This document shows, in pieces, positions 20,751-30,663 of a stretch of 64,000 bases of DNA. The notes beneath the pieces are model-generated. The model had not been told where the DNA came from and made no database searches. It worked only from the letters and a program-made list of their open reading frames with translations. The DNA comes from Sedimentisphaerales bacterium (GTDB lineage: Bacteria; Planctomycetota; Phycisphaerae; Sedimentisphaerales; SM23-30), in assembly GCA_963666285.1 (NCBI GenBank), contig OY762711.1; one strand, given 5' to 3'. A program made the position numbers and the translations under genes. Positions within the stretch are counted from its first letter, which is position 1. Each line of letters starts with the position of its first letter.

Positions 20751-21866
20751 ATGATAGCAATAATAGTAACAATCTTAATATTAGCCGGCCTGGTATACTT
20801 CCAGGTATTTACACAAGGCATATTCAGTTGCTTTATTATGATGGTCTGGACAATAATTTCAGCAATGGTAGCGCTGAATTATCAAGATTACCTGGCCATG
20901 CTTATGATAGATAACGGCCTGGCATTCTTTCCAAAGGCAGTTGCCCTGCTAACCCCGTTCATAATTACCCTGTTTGTCCTCAGGGAGATCTCAGACAGAT
21001 TTATCCCGGGCAATATGAAGTTCCCTGAAATAATTGACCGTCTCGGCAGCTCACTGTTTGCAATCGTAACAAGCCTGATCATAACCGGTATGGTTTCTCT
21101 TTGTTTCCAGAATCTGCCGATGCCAACCAAAATTCTTGGCTTTGAACGGGTAAGCAGCCTGGAAGACCTTGACACCCAGAATACATGGTGGCCGGGCGGC
21201 GACTCTATGGTAGTAAAAGCATTAAACCAGGCAAGTGCTTATTGCTTTGCCGGTGACAGACCATACGAGCAGGTCCATCCTGAATACCTTCGCGAACTGC
21301 ATATGAACCGGATCGTACCTGAAGGCTATGAAGGGTCAAAACAATACGCTCCTTCCGGCAGTATTACAGTTAAGGAAGCAAAAGTCAGAACCGGCTCAAT
21401 CCAACTGGTGTCAATAACACCGCCAAGCGGTCGCAACCAGCAGGAAACACGAAAACCAGTTGGCAAACTGGAAAAAGGAGCGGGAGATCTGATTGCAATA
21501 ACCATAGATATCAATGCAAGACCATCGGAAAAAGAAAAGGTAACCTGCAAAGATGTTGACGGTAAAATTCGCTTTGCTCTGTCACAATTCCGCCTGGTAG
21601 GCCACAGCGAAAACGAAGTCATCGAATGCTTCCCTTCGACCGTAATGCTGGGCAGCAGTACCGGAGAAGAGATGGGACTGGACGATGGAAAAGTCTTTGC
21701 TACTGCCGAAGAGACCGTCCTGATATTCCAATGGCCAACCAGTGTAAAGAAAGTTGCACCTGAGTTTATCGAATTCAAGAATACCTGCCGTGCGCTTATT
21801 CGTATGGAAAACCAGAACAAGCCGGAATCAGCAGAAGAGCCAGGTTCAGATCAGACCGAACTATAG
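20751..21866 (+). CDS. CvpA-like membrane protein with a C-terminal extracytoplasmic domain
   Basis: Four N-terminal TM helices with QG(I)F, A(L)NY and IDRLG, a CvpA-like pattern, then a soluble domain. Confidence 0.6.
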   Translation: MIAIIVTILILAGLVYFQVFTQGIFSCFIMMVWTIISAMVALNYQDYLAMLMIDNGLAFFPKAVALLTPFIITLFVLREISDRFIPGNMKFPEIIDRLGSSLFAIVTSLIITGMVSLCFQNLPMPTKILGFERVSSLEDLDTQNTWWPGGDSMVVKALNQASAYCFAGDRPYEQVHPEYLRELHMNRIVPEGYEGSKQYAPSGSITVKEAKVRTGSIQLVSITPPSGRNQQETRKPVGKLEKGAGDLIAITIDINARPSEKEKVTCKDVDGKIRFALSQFRLVGHSENEVIECFPSTVMLGSSTGEEMGLDDGKVFATAEETVLIFQWPTSVKKVAPEFIEFKNTCRALIRMENQNKPESAEEPGSDQTEL

Positions 21867-21893
21867 CGGTATTTGAAATAAAATCAGACTACC

Positions 21894-21929
21894 AAGCCCT
21901 TCTGCTATCCGGCAGCGGGGCTTTTTTTT
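21894..21929 (+). terminator. Rho-independent terminator
   Basis: AAGCCCTTCTGC-tatccg-GCAGCGGGGCTT followed by a T tract. Confidence 0.75.
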
Positions 21930-21940
21930 GGAGAATATAC

Positions 21941-22591
21941 ATGGAAAAAAGATCAATGTATCCGATGTTTGTTGACTTAACCGGCAAACCGGTATTGGTA
22001 GTAGGAGCAGGTAAAATAGCCGGCAGGAAAGTTGACTCGCTGCTGGAATCCGGTGCAGAGATAACAGTAGTCAGTCCGGAAGCTGACGAGCATTTGACAA
22101 AGCTTGGTGAAAGCGGTGTCATTAAGCTTGTTTCTGGCTGTTTCGATGAGCGATACCTGGACGATAAATGGCTGGTGATTGCAGCAACTGACGACTGCAA
22201 AGTCAACAAGATGGTATTTGACTGCTGCGAAGAGAGAAGGATATTCTGCAATGTCGTTGACGTGCCGGAATATTGCAGGTTTCATGTGCCGGCAAGAGTA
22301 CAGAGAGGCGGACTACAGATTGCGGTTTCGACCTCAGGTAAAAGCCCTGCCCTGGCGAAAAAAATCAAAAAAGAATTAGCGGATCAGTACGGACCTGAAT
22401 ACGAAAACCTGCTGGAAGTTTTAGACTATATACGCAACCGGATAAAAGAGCTTAAGCCGATATGCCAGTGCAGCAGAGCGGAACTGAACCAGAAAGTACT
22501 GGAATCGCCTAAACTCGATAGCTTAAAAATCGAAAACACTGACGGAATAGAATATTTTATAAACAGATTATTAACTCAAGCTGAAAGATAA
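21941..22591 (+). CDS. Precorrin-2 dehydrogenase / sirohydrochlorin ferrochelatase (SirC/CysG N-terminal type)
   Basis: YPMFVDL..K.VLVVGAGKIA.RK, NVVD.P..C.F..PA and IAVSTSGKSPALA motifs. Confidence 0.92.
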   Translation: MEKRSMYPMFVDLTGKPVLVVGAGKIAGRKVDSLLESGAEITVVSPEADEHLTKLGESGVIKLVSGCFDERYLDDKWLVIAATDDCKVNKMVFDCCEERRIFCNVVDVPEYCRFHVPARVQRGGLQIAVSTSGKSPALAKKIKKELADQYGPEYENLLEVLDYIRNRIKELKPICQCSRAELNQKVLESPKLDSLKIENTDGIEYFINRLLTQAER

Positions 22592-22652
22592 AAAATTTGA
22601 CAGGTATAAGAAGCTGAGCATAAGATAATATTTTTTCAACAGCAGCACAAAG

Positions 22653-23042
22653 CTAACCAACAAGTTCTATCTGGTTGCCATCGGGGTCGAGAATAACACT
22701 TTCATAGAAGCCGTCGCCGGTTCTGCGCGGCTCACCCGCAATCGTAACACCATGTTTTTTTAGCAATTGGGTAAGCTCATCTACCTGCTGCTCTGAATCG
22801 AGTTTGAATGCGAAATGAGTTATACCTATATACTGATCGCCCGGATTGCCTGTGCGAGAGGAGATATCGGTTCTCTGCATGATTTCGAGCTGGGCACCGG
22901 AAGAAAAAGTCAGGAAATAAGATTCGAATCCCTTTTGAGAATTTATGTACTTATCGTTTGCCTTTGCCTCAAAAAAACGAATATAAAAGTCCTTGAGAAC
23001 CTCGATATCTTCCGACCATACTGCAATGTGATCAATTATCAT
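22653..23042 (-). CDS. VOC/glyoxalase family protein
   Basis: IDHIAVW, G.THFAF and PRRTGDGFYESVILDPDGN.IE motifs. Confidence 0.9.
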   Translation of the reverse strand: MIIDHIAVWSEDIEVLKDFYIRFFEAKANDKYINSQKGFESYFLTFSSGAQLEIMQRTDISSRTGNPGDQYIGITHFAFKLDSEQQVDELTQLLKKHGVTIAGEPRRTGDGFYESVILDPDGNQIELVG

Positions 23043-23046
23043 ATAT

Positions 23047-23463
23047 CTATTCCTGTAGAGCTTTTACAATATTGTCGGCAACCTGCTGCATTTTACCGTC
23101 GGGATACGGCAGCTGCTTGCCAAGCCGGATAATGGCATCATCTTCGGTCCTGGGAACGATATGATAATGAACATGGTCAACCAGCTGACCGGCAGGTCTG
23201 CCGTTATTCTGGAAGATGTTAAACGCGGCCTTGCCGGTCGCCTTACATATTGCTTTTGAAATTAATGGGAAGACTTCGGCTATTTTGGCAGAAATATCAG
23301 GAGTGACCTGATCCATGGTCTCAAAATGTTTTTTTGGAATTACCAGGGTATGGCCCTCGGCAAGCGGCGCGATGTCCAGAAATGCAAGCACATCATCATT
23401 TTCAAAGACTTTTGAACAAGGTATTTCACCTTTAACAATTTTACAGAAAATACAATCATTCAT
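23047..23463 (-). CDS. HIT family hydrolase
   Basis: DCIFCKI start, AFLDI.P...GHTLVIPK.H and the HVHYH triad. Confidence 0.93.
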   Translation of the reverse strand: MNDCIFCKIVKGEIPCSKVFENDDVLAFLDIAPLAEGHTLVIPKKHFETMDQVTPDISAKIAEVFPLISKAICKATGKAAFNIFQNNGRPAGQLVDHVHYHIVPRTEDDAIIRLGKQLPYPDGKMQQVADNIVKALQE

Positions 23464-23532
23464 ATTACTTCCCTCGTAAAACAGACGTTTCGATACTTGC
23501 AAAAAGTACAAATATTACACGGCGGCAAAGAG

Positions 23533-24519
23533 TTAATCAGATACTTTGTACTGATTATGCTTCTTGTAAACCGGACCGTCAAGAGCCTTGACAAAATTGG
23601 TCCAGTCGCTGCTATTGGTGTCTCGGGCAATTTCATCACGGGTAAGCTGAATCTTGGCATCGATATTATCGATATAATGTACCAGAAACGCTTCCGGAGT
23701 GGACGGCATAACCGGGCAGCCAAATTCACGCTGACCATGATGCGATACGATAATATGCTGCAAAACCTCGACAAGTCCATGAGGGATATCAATGCCATCT
23801 TTGACAAGTTTGTTGTACTTCTCCTCGATCATCATGGCACCTTTTACCAAATGCCCTATCATCCGTCCTTCATCGGTATATTTGAAGCTGATATCGTACG
23901 CAAGTTCAACGGTCTTGCCGATATCATGCAGGAACAGCCCGGCAAGGACGACATCATGGTCGAGGTCCTGATAAAGTGGCAGGATAACATTCCCCAGTCT
24001 CATCAGCCCGAGAGTATGTTCCAGCAGCCCGCCGATCCAGGCGTGATGCAGCATTGCAGCAGCCGGAGCAGTACAGAACTTATTCATTAGAGCTTCATCA
24101 TCGATAAAGGCCTTAATAATTTGACGCATGGCAGGATTTTTTATCTGGCGGAGAATCTCTTTGACTTCCTCAAACATCTCAGCAATATCATACTGCGAGG
24201 CAGGCAGAAACTCTTCCAGGTTAACTTTGTCTTCATCGATAGGTCGAATCTCTTCGACAACAATCTGCATATTGTTCTGATACATTTCAGAACGACCGCG
24301 AACAAAAACGAAACCTTCCTGCGGCAGAGAATTATAAACCGTTTCGGTAGCCTGCCACATCCGGGAATTTGCTTTCCCGGTTTTGTCGCTGAGAAAGGCT
24401 GCAATATATTTACTGCCGTTCGAGGTAGCACGCAGCTGCGGCTGAGAGATTAAGAAAACCTGAGACAGATTCTGTGCAGGCTGAAGTTCACTTATCGATA
24501 TCCTTTGTGATGATGACAT
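23533..24519 (-). CDS. YhaM/Cbf-family 3'-5' exoribonuclease (OB + HD domain)
   Basis: L.DKTG OB fold, PAA...HHA..GGLLEH, LHDIGK and SHHG..EFG.P motifs. Confidence 0.9.
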   Translation of the reverse strand: MSSSQRISISELQPAQNLSQVFLISQPQLRATSNGSKYIAAFLSDKTGKANSRMWQATETVYNSLPQEGFVFVRGRSEMYQNNMQIVVEEIRPIDEDKVNLEEFLPASQYDIAEMFEEVKEILRQIKNPAMRQIIKAFIDDEALMNKFCTAPAAAMLHHAWIGGLLEHTLGLMRLGNVILPLYQDLDHDVVLAGLFLHDIGKTVELAYDISFKYTDEGRMIGHLVKGAMMIEEKYNKLVKDGIDIPHGLVEVLQHIIVSHHGQREFGCPVMPSTPEAFLVHYIDNIDAKIQLTRDEIARDTNSSDWTNFVKALDGPVYKKHNQYKVSD

Positions 24520-24559
24520 TTTAACTTACTTTCTATTGTATTCTATCTTATTTGCTTAA

Positions 24560-25342
24560 TTATCCAAAATAGCGAACGGCATTATCAAATATAGTCATGC
24601 CGTCAGGATCGGTGATATTATCACGAGTCCACCTGGGATGATGGGTCTTATGGACAAATCTTTCCGGGTGAGGCATAAGTCCGAGTACCCTGCCGGTATC
24701 ATCGGTAAGCCCGGCGATATGGTCGGTCGAACCGTTCGGATTGACAGGGAAACCGCCAAAATTACCGTCGGCATCAACGTATCTGAACGCCACATATCCA
24801 TTGTCAAGCACAGACTTTTGCACCTGGTCGTCCATAAAGCATACCTTGCCCTCGCCATGAGCAATCGGGAGGTACAATCTGCGTTCCGGATCGACAAATA
24901 CACATTTACTGGTACCCGGTTCAAGGTAAATCCAGCGATCTTCAAACTTACCGCAGTCATTATGAGTGATGGTAACCTGCTGAACACCACAGTTAGGAGT
25001 TTCGACAGATTTACCAGGCAGCAAACCGGTCTTTACCAGAACCTGGAAACCGTTACATATGCCGATAACCAGCTTATCAGAATCGATAAACTTCCTGACA
25101 TTGTCACTAAAATGATGCAGCAGCTGGTTCGCCAGTATCTTACCGGCAGCAATATCATCACCATAACTGAAACCGCCGGGTAATGCCAAAACCTGATAAT
25201 CTTCCAGCAAAGCCGGATTTTCAATCAGGCGGTTGACATGCAGCTTCTCAGTAACAGCCCCAGCCAGTTCAAAAGCGTGGCAGGTCTCCTGGTCGCAGTT
25301 AGTACCTGCCGTTCTCAAAACTAAAACTTTTATTTTTGCCAT
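24560..25342 (-). CDS. purQ: FGAM synthase glutaminase subunit
   Basis: GTNCD.E, PGGFSYGD, GICNGFQ, IAHGEG, NPNGS and MPHPER motifs. Confidence 0.97.
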   Translation of the reverse strand: MAKIKVLVLRTAGTNCDQETCHAFELAGAVTEKLHVNRLIENPALLEDYQVLALPGGFSYGDDIAAGKILANQLLHHFSDNVRKFIDSDKLVIGICNGFQVLVKTGLLPGKSVETPNCGVQQVTITHNDCGKFEDRWIYLEPGTSKCVFVDPERRLYLPIAHGEGKVCFMDDQVQKSVLDNGYVAFRYVDADGNFGGFPVNPNGSTDHIAGLTDDTGRVLGLMPHPERFVHKTHHPRWTRDNITDPDGMTIFDNAVRYFG

Positions 25343-25406
25343 TTTGTTTCTCTTATATAGAAAATTAAACTTATATATCTTATTATTTAATGATTGCAGC
25401 CAAAAC

Positions 25407-28304
25407 TTACCATTTGAGCGGTTTCTGCCAGCTTTCTTTCAGACTTGAAGCTTCAACATTAACAACCTCAGAGCCATCCAAACCATTGATAACAACCCTG
25501 CCTGTATCAGTTACCTTGCCAATCTCGGCAAAAACAACATTTTTAAGAGCAGATTTAAGTTCAGCCAGCTTGCCAGGTTCAACTTCAAGAATATAGCGTG
25601 AAGGCGTCTCACTGAAGAGAGCCTGATCATTGCGATTAACATCTGCAGCTTTAGCAACCAGGCCAAGGTCAACACTTATACCAAGAGCTCCGGCAAAAGC
25701 CATCTCAGACAGAGCGACAGCCAGGCCGCCTTCGGAACAGTCATGACAAGACTTCACCAGCCCGCTGCTGATAGCCGAAGCTACGGCATTAGCATTGGCA
25801 GGCCCCTGCTTGAGGTCTACCTTAGGAACATTGCTGCCTGTCTGGCCGTTAATTTTGTATAGCAGACCGGCACCAAGTTCATCACGGGTTTCACCGACAA
25901 CGACAAGAGTATTACCGGCAGATTTCAGATCCATAGTAATACAGCCGGTAACATCATCTACAAGAGTCATTGCACTGATAAGCAACGTTCCCGGAATATT
26001 AATAGTTTCGCCGGTATCGGTCTGGAACTCATTATTCAAAGAATCCTTTCCGCTGATAAAAGGAGCCTGATAGGCAATAGCACCATCGTAGCAGCCCCTG
26101 GTAGCCAGTACCAGTCCGCCAAGACGGTCTGGCTTATTGCAGTTACCCCAGCAGAAATTATCCAGCAGAGCAACACGGTCCGGGCGGCCGCCGACAGAAA
26201 TAACATTTCGGACAGCTTCATCAATAGCCGCCAGTGACATCCAGTATGGGTCTATATCGCTATACTGCGGGCATATGCCGCAACCGATAGCAACACCTTT
26301 ATCTTTATCAAGTCGCGGACGAACAACCGAGGCATCACCGGGTGCATCGTTAGCAACACCAACCAAAGGCTTAACGGCAGAACCGCCCTGCACTTCATGG
26401 TCATACTGACGAATTACCCATTCCTTACTGGCAACATTATAATCGCCGAACATGGCGGTGAGTTCTTCGTTATAATTCTGCTTCTGAGCAAGTTCCGGTT
26501 CTTTATTGTCTGGAATCTGCCAGACTGCCTGGCGGGTATATTTCGGCAGGCCGTCATGCAGGAACTCCATATCAAGCTCACCGACGACAGTGCCATCATA
26601 TCGCAGTTCAAGCTTGCCGTTGTTACCAAAGGTTCCAATCACAACCGCCTCAACATTTTCACCAGAAAATATTTCCATGGCCCGGTCGATATTTTGGGGC
26701 GGTACGGCAAATACCATACGCTCCTGCGCTTCGGAGATCCACATTTCAGTATAAGTGAGTCCACCATATTTTAGCGGTATCTTTTCCAGGTCAACAATTA
26801 CACCTAGTTTTTCACCCATTTCGCCAACGGCACTGCTAAGACCACCGGCACCACAGTCGGTAACGGCAGTATAAAGCTCTTCATCACGAGCCTGCAGCAT
26901 AGTATCCAGTACTTTTTTCTCGGTAATCGCATTACCAATCTGAACGGCATGGCTGAACAGATCTTCATGCTCATGGGTCATCTCGCCACTGCTGAAAGTA
27001 GCACCGTGGATACCGTCACGACCGGTACGACCACCTACAACCAGCACAAGGTCACCGGGTTCAGCTGCACCAAAACATTTATCCTTAGGAATAATACCTA
27101 TATTACCGCAGAATACCAGCGGGTTACCAAGATAACGTTTATCAAAATGGATAGCACCATTCACAGTCGGAATACCCATCCTGTTGCCATAGTCACGAAC
27201 TCCGCCGACAACACCTTTCATAACGCGCCTTGGGTGCAAAACGCCGGCAGGCAGTTCTTCGAGCTTCATATCAGGTTCAGCAAAACAGAATACATCTGTA
27301 TTAGCGATAGGCTTGGCACCTTTGCCGGTACCCATCGGATCACGAATACATCCGCCAATACCTGTTGCCGCCCCGCCATAAGGCTCGATAGCTGAAGGAT
27401 GGTTATGGGTTTCAACCTTGAAACACACACCATATTCATCATCAAATTCAACAACACCGGAATTATCAACAAAAACTGAGATACACCATGGCTTGGCTAA
27501 TTCATTAGTAGCTTTGGCCAGGTAAGATTTCATCATATTTTCGATTACAGTTTTATTGAGCTCTTTACCATCGGCATCTTTTTCGGTAAGTTCGATTGTG
27601 CCGCGGAATGTTTTATGTACGCAATGTTCGGACCAGGTCTGGGCAATCATTTCCAGTTCGATATCGGTTGGATCTCGATCTATCGCCTTATAATAATCCT
27701 GGATGGTAAGCATTTCCCGCTCATCGAGAAACAGGTCGCTGCTTTTACTGAGTTCGACCAGCTCATCAGGTGAAAGATTACATAATGGAACTGTAATCTT
27801 TTCCAGTTTGTATGGTTCAACGTGCGGGCAAGGCGGCTCTTCTGAGTTATCGTAAATAACTTTTTCGATACAGTCATTAGCCAAAATACGCTGAGCAATG
27901 GTCTGCACTTCAGTACAAGAGAGACTGCCGCAGATAAAATATTTCCTGCCGGTACGCACGCTGCTAACATCCAGGTTCATATCCCTGATAGCCATCATAG
28001 CCGAAGAGGCAACCGGGTCGGTTACACCTGGCTGCAGGTGAACTTCAATTATCTTGACCGGTTGATCAGAAGAAGGCTTGTCAGAATTGCCTATATAATA
28101 CTGTTCGGTTACCGGATCAGTCAGCAGCTCCTTAGCAATTCGATCGAGATCAGCATTTTCAAGTTCAGACTCGATAAGAAACACTCGCATCGACTTCACT
28201 GATGCAGCTGAATCTATGCCAAGCTGTTTGATGTCGGCAAGTACCTCGCCGGCGTTAACATCCGGAAACTCCGGCTTGCTGAACACTTCTATCCTGTTTA
28301 TCAT
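25407..28304 (-). CDS. purL: FGAM synthase subunit PurL with an N-terminal PurS-like extension
   Basis: WSEHCVHK, KVETHNHPSAIEPYGGAATG, DCGAGG, SEAQERM and QYDHEV motifs. Confidence 0.96.
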   Translation of the reverse strand: MINRIEVFSKPEFPDVNAGEVLADIKQLGIDSAASVKSMRVFLIESELENADLDRIAKELLTDPVTEQYYIGNSDKPSSDQPVKIIEVHLQPGVTDPVASSAMMAIRDMNLDVSSVRTGRKYFICGSLSCTEVQTIAQRILANDCIEKVIYDNSEEPPCPHVEPYKLEKITVPLCNLSPDELVELSKSSDLFLDEREMLTIQDYYKAIDRDPTDIELEMIAQTWSEHCVHKTFRGTIELTEKDADGKELNKTVIENMMKSYLAKATNELAKPWCISVFVDNSGVVEFDDEYGVCFKVETHNHPSAIEPYGGAATGIGGCIRDPMGTGKGAKPIANTDVFCFAEPDMKLEELPAGVLHPRRVMKGVVGGVRDYGNRMGIPTVNGAIHFDKRYLGNPLVFCGNIGIIPKDKCFGAAEPGDLVLVVGGRTGRDGIHGATFSSGEMTHEHEDLFSHAVQIGNAITEKKVLDTMLQARDEELYTAVTDCGAGGLSSAVGEMGEKLGVIVDLEKIPLKYGGLTYTEMWISEAQERMVFAVPPQNIDRAMEIFSGENVEAVVIGTFGNNGKLELRYDGTVVGELDMEFLHDGLPKYTRQAVWQIPDNKEPELAQKQNYNEELTAMFGDYNVASKEWVIRQYDHEVQGGSAVKPLVGVANDAPGDASVVRPRLDKDKGVAIGCGICPQYSDIDPYWMSLAAIDEAVRNVISVGGRPDRVALLDNFCWGNCNKPDRLGGLVLATRGCYDGAIAYQAPFISGKDSLNNEFQTDTGETINIPGTLLISAMTLVDDVTGCITMDLKSAGNTLVVVGETRDELGAGLLYKINGQTGSNVPKVDLKQGPANANAVASAISSGLVKSCHDCSEGGLAVALSEMAFAGALGISVDLGLVAKAADVNRNDQALFSETPSRYILEVEPGKLAELKSALKNVVFAEIGKVTDTGRVVINGLDGSEVVNVEASSLKESWQKPLKW

Positions 28305-29182
28305 TCGGGTAGTTCCTTACGTTGCAATTTCATTTCTACTAATTTATTTCGTTTTTGACGCGCTTCCAAGAGCTTCTTTTCGATAGCATCGGCGTCTTTT
28401 CCTTTTAATATATCACGATAATGCGACAAATCCTTGATCAGCTTATCGATAGAACGGGCCGAATTAGCCGCGTTTGTCATTAAGATATCTCTCCAGACAT
28501 TTTCCGGCCCGGAGGCAATACGGGTAGTATCAAGAAAACCCTTGCCGCAATAGACAATCTGCTCCAGGTCTGAAATATTGACAAGAGAGGCGGCCAGAAT
28601 ATGCGGCAAATGACTAATCATGGCAACTGTCTGATCGTGCTGCTGAGGAGCCATTTCGATAACCTTCATTTCCAGGGCACGCCACATCTGTTTTATGGCA
28701 GTAACAGAAGATTCCTTACTCTTGGCAGTCGGAGTAACAAAGCAGAACGCCCCATCAAATAAATCGCCCCTGGCAAACTCGATCCCCTGCTGTTCAGAAC
28801 CTGCCATGGGATGAGAACCGACAAAATCGACTCGATCGGGCAAATATTTTTTGGCCCACGAAGCAATCTGTTTTTTGGTACTACCAACATCAGTTACAAT
28901 ACACTTATCAGGTAAGAAAGGAGCGATTTGCTTTAACTGGTCAGCAAAACAGCAAATTGGACCTGCCAAAACTACGACATTTGCATCTTTTACAGCTTCT
29001 TCGGGGGTATCAAACACGAAATCGACAACAGAATTATCTTTTGCGAAGTCACGGGTACTTTGAGACCTGCTCCATCCGGTCCGGATAACTTCAATTTCAG
29101 CACTTTCCAGCGATAAAGCCAGAGAACCGCCGATAAGGCCTAAACCTAGTATGCAAACGTTGTCTAAGTTTTTTATTTTCAA
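28301..29182 (-). CDS. tyrA: Prephenate dehydrogenase
   Basis: GLGLIGGS, TDVGSTK, GSHPMAGSE, ISHLPH and DTTRIA motifs; overlaps the purL start by 4 bp. Confidence 0.93.
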   Translation of the reverse strand: MKIKNLDNVCILGLGLIGGSLALSLESAEIEVIRTGWSRSQSTRDFAKDNSVVDFVFDTPEEAVKDANVVVLAGPICCFADQLKQIAPFLPDKCIVTDVGSTKKQIASWAKKYLPDRVDFVGSHPMAGSEQQGIEFARGDLFDGAFCFVTPTAKSKESSVTAIKQMWRALEMKVIEMAPQQHDQTVAMISHLPHILAASLVNISDLEQIVYCGKGFLDTTRIASGPENVWRDILMTNAANSARSIDKLIKDLSHYRDILKGKDADAIEKKLLEARQKRNKLVEMKLQRKELPE

Positions 29183-29487
29183 AGTATTAAGTGTATTATG
29201 TTATGGGGTCATTAAAGCAGTAAGGATAGCCGAAACAGGGCCAAAAGTCAATTTTTTTCTTGCTTGAGAGGCGTTTTTAGTATATAATTCTCAGCCTGAA
29301 AAGATAAATAACATATCAGCCCCCAGTTGGTTTTTAATCTCACTGGGGACTGTTAGTATATAGACGAAACGTCTAATAATGGTATGGTAAAAATAATGAT
29401 TGCGGAATTTATCGCAAAGCAGGATTTTGGGCTTTGCGTAACAGGATAAGAGGTAGAAATAGATATTCCGCTCCACATGAGGGTTAT

Positions 29488-30573
29488 ATGAAAAAAGATA
29501 AACAAGCCAATGGAGCTCAAATAATAAGCAATGTAAGCTATCTGGAATTTGAAAAACCACTTGCCGATCTCGACAAGCAGATAAACGAGTTGAGAAGCTT
29601 ACAAAAAAATCGTCAGGATACCGACTTCGGGCCAGAAATTAGAAAACTGGAAGCTAACCTGATTGCCCTGACATCAAAAATATATCAAAATCTCTCGCCA
29701 TGGGAAACTGTTCAGGTTGCCCGCCATCCAAATCGTCCACTACTCTCAGATTACCTTGATATGATTGTGAAAGATTTCTGTGAACTGCACGGTGACCGGT
29801 TCTTTGGCGATGATAAAGCTATCGTGTCAGGCTTCGGCCACATTGGTCGAGAAAAAGTAATGGTAATCGGTCATAATAAAGGCAGAGATACCAAGGAGAA
29901 AGTAGCCTGCAATTTTGGCTGTGCCCACCCAGAAGGATATCGCAAGGCAATGAAGAAGATGAAGCTGGCAGAGAAATTCGGCTTGCCGGTAGTCTGCTTT
30001 ATCGATACGCCGGGCGCATACCCTGGTATCGGTGCAGAAGAGCGAGGTCAGGCAGAAGCAATTGCATACAACCTGATGGAAATGTCTCGTCTGCGTACCC
30101 CGGTAATCTGTATTGTAATTGGCGAAGGCGGCAGCGGCGGAGCATTAGGAATAGGTGTTGGCGACAGATATGCAATGCTGCAGTATGCGTGGTATACAGT
30201 AGCATCGCCTGAGGCTTGTGCGGCAATTCTGTTCAAAGATGGTACCCGTGCCCCGGAAGCGGCAGAAGCACTAAACCTGACTGCAAAATGCATGACAAAA
30301 CTTGGCGTGATTGATGATACAATCTCCGAGCCATTTGGCGGCGCCCACCGCAATCCTCACGAAGCTGCTCATAACCTGGAAATGTACATTACCCGTACCA
30401 TTCGCCAGCTGAAACGCCTGGATATCGATACTTTACTGAATAATCGCTATCAGAGGCTGAGCCAGATAGGCCAATACGAATATGTCACAGCTGATAATAA
30501 TGCAGAAAAAGGGCTTTCCACTATCGATATCGTTACACCTGCAGCCTTACGCGGAACAAAAGTTATAAACTAA
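29488..30573 (+). CDS. accA: Acetyl-CoA carboxylase carboxyltransferase alpha subunit
   Basis: YLEFEKP, ARHPNRP, ELHGDR, PEGYRKA, IDTPGAYPG and GEGGSGGA motifs. Start placed at ATG 29488. Confidence 0.96.
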   Translation: MKKDKQANGAQIISNVSYLEFEKPLADLDKQINELRSLQKNRQDTDFGPEIRKLEANLIALTSKIYQNLSPWETVQVARHPNRPLLSDYLDMIVKDFCELHGDRFFGDDKAIVSGFGHIGREKVMVIGHNKGRDTKEKVACNFGCAHPEGYRKAMKKMKLAEKFGLPVVCFIDTPGAYPGIGAEERGQAEAIAYNLMEMSRLRTPVICIVIGEGGSGGALGIGVGDRYAMLQYAWYTVASPEACAAILFKDGTRAPEAAEALNLTAKCMTKLGVIDDTISEPFGGAHRNPHEAAHNLEMYITRTIRQLKRLDIDTLLNNRYQRLSQIGQYEYVTADNNAEKGLSTIDIVTPAALRGTKVIN

Positions 30574-30621
30574 GACGAACTAAGGCATAAGCGATTAAAC
30601 TACAAAACAGCAAGTATATCC

Positions 30622-30658
30622 AAGCAGGTTGCGGCAGAGTCGCAATCTGCTTTTTTTT
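30622..30658 (+). terminator. Rho-independent terminator
   Basis: AAGCAGGTTGCGGC-aga-GTCGCAATCTGCTT followed by a T tract. Confidence 0.8.
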
Positions 30659-30663
30659 ATTAT

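Noticed and set aside
23497..25183. Long plus-strand ORFs (197 aa, 181 aa)
   Set aside because: They are antisense to well-supported yhaM-like and purQ genes and show no motifs. The same applies to similar antisense ORFs over metG, purL, the HydB-like gene and panB.
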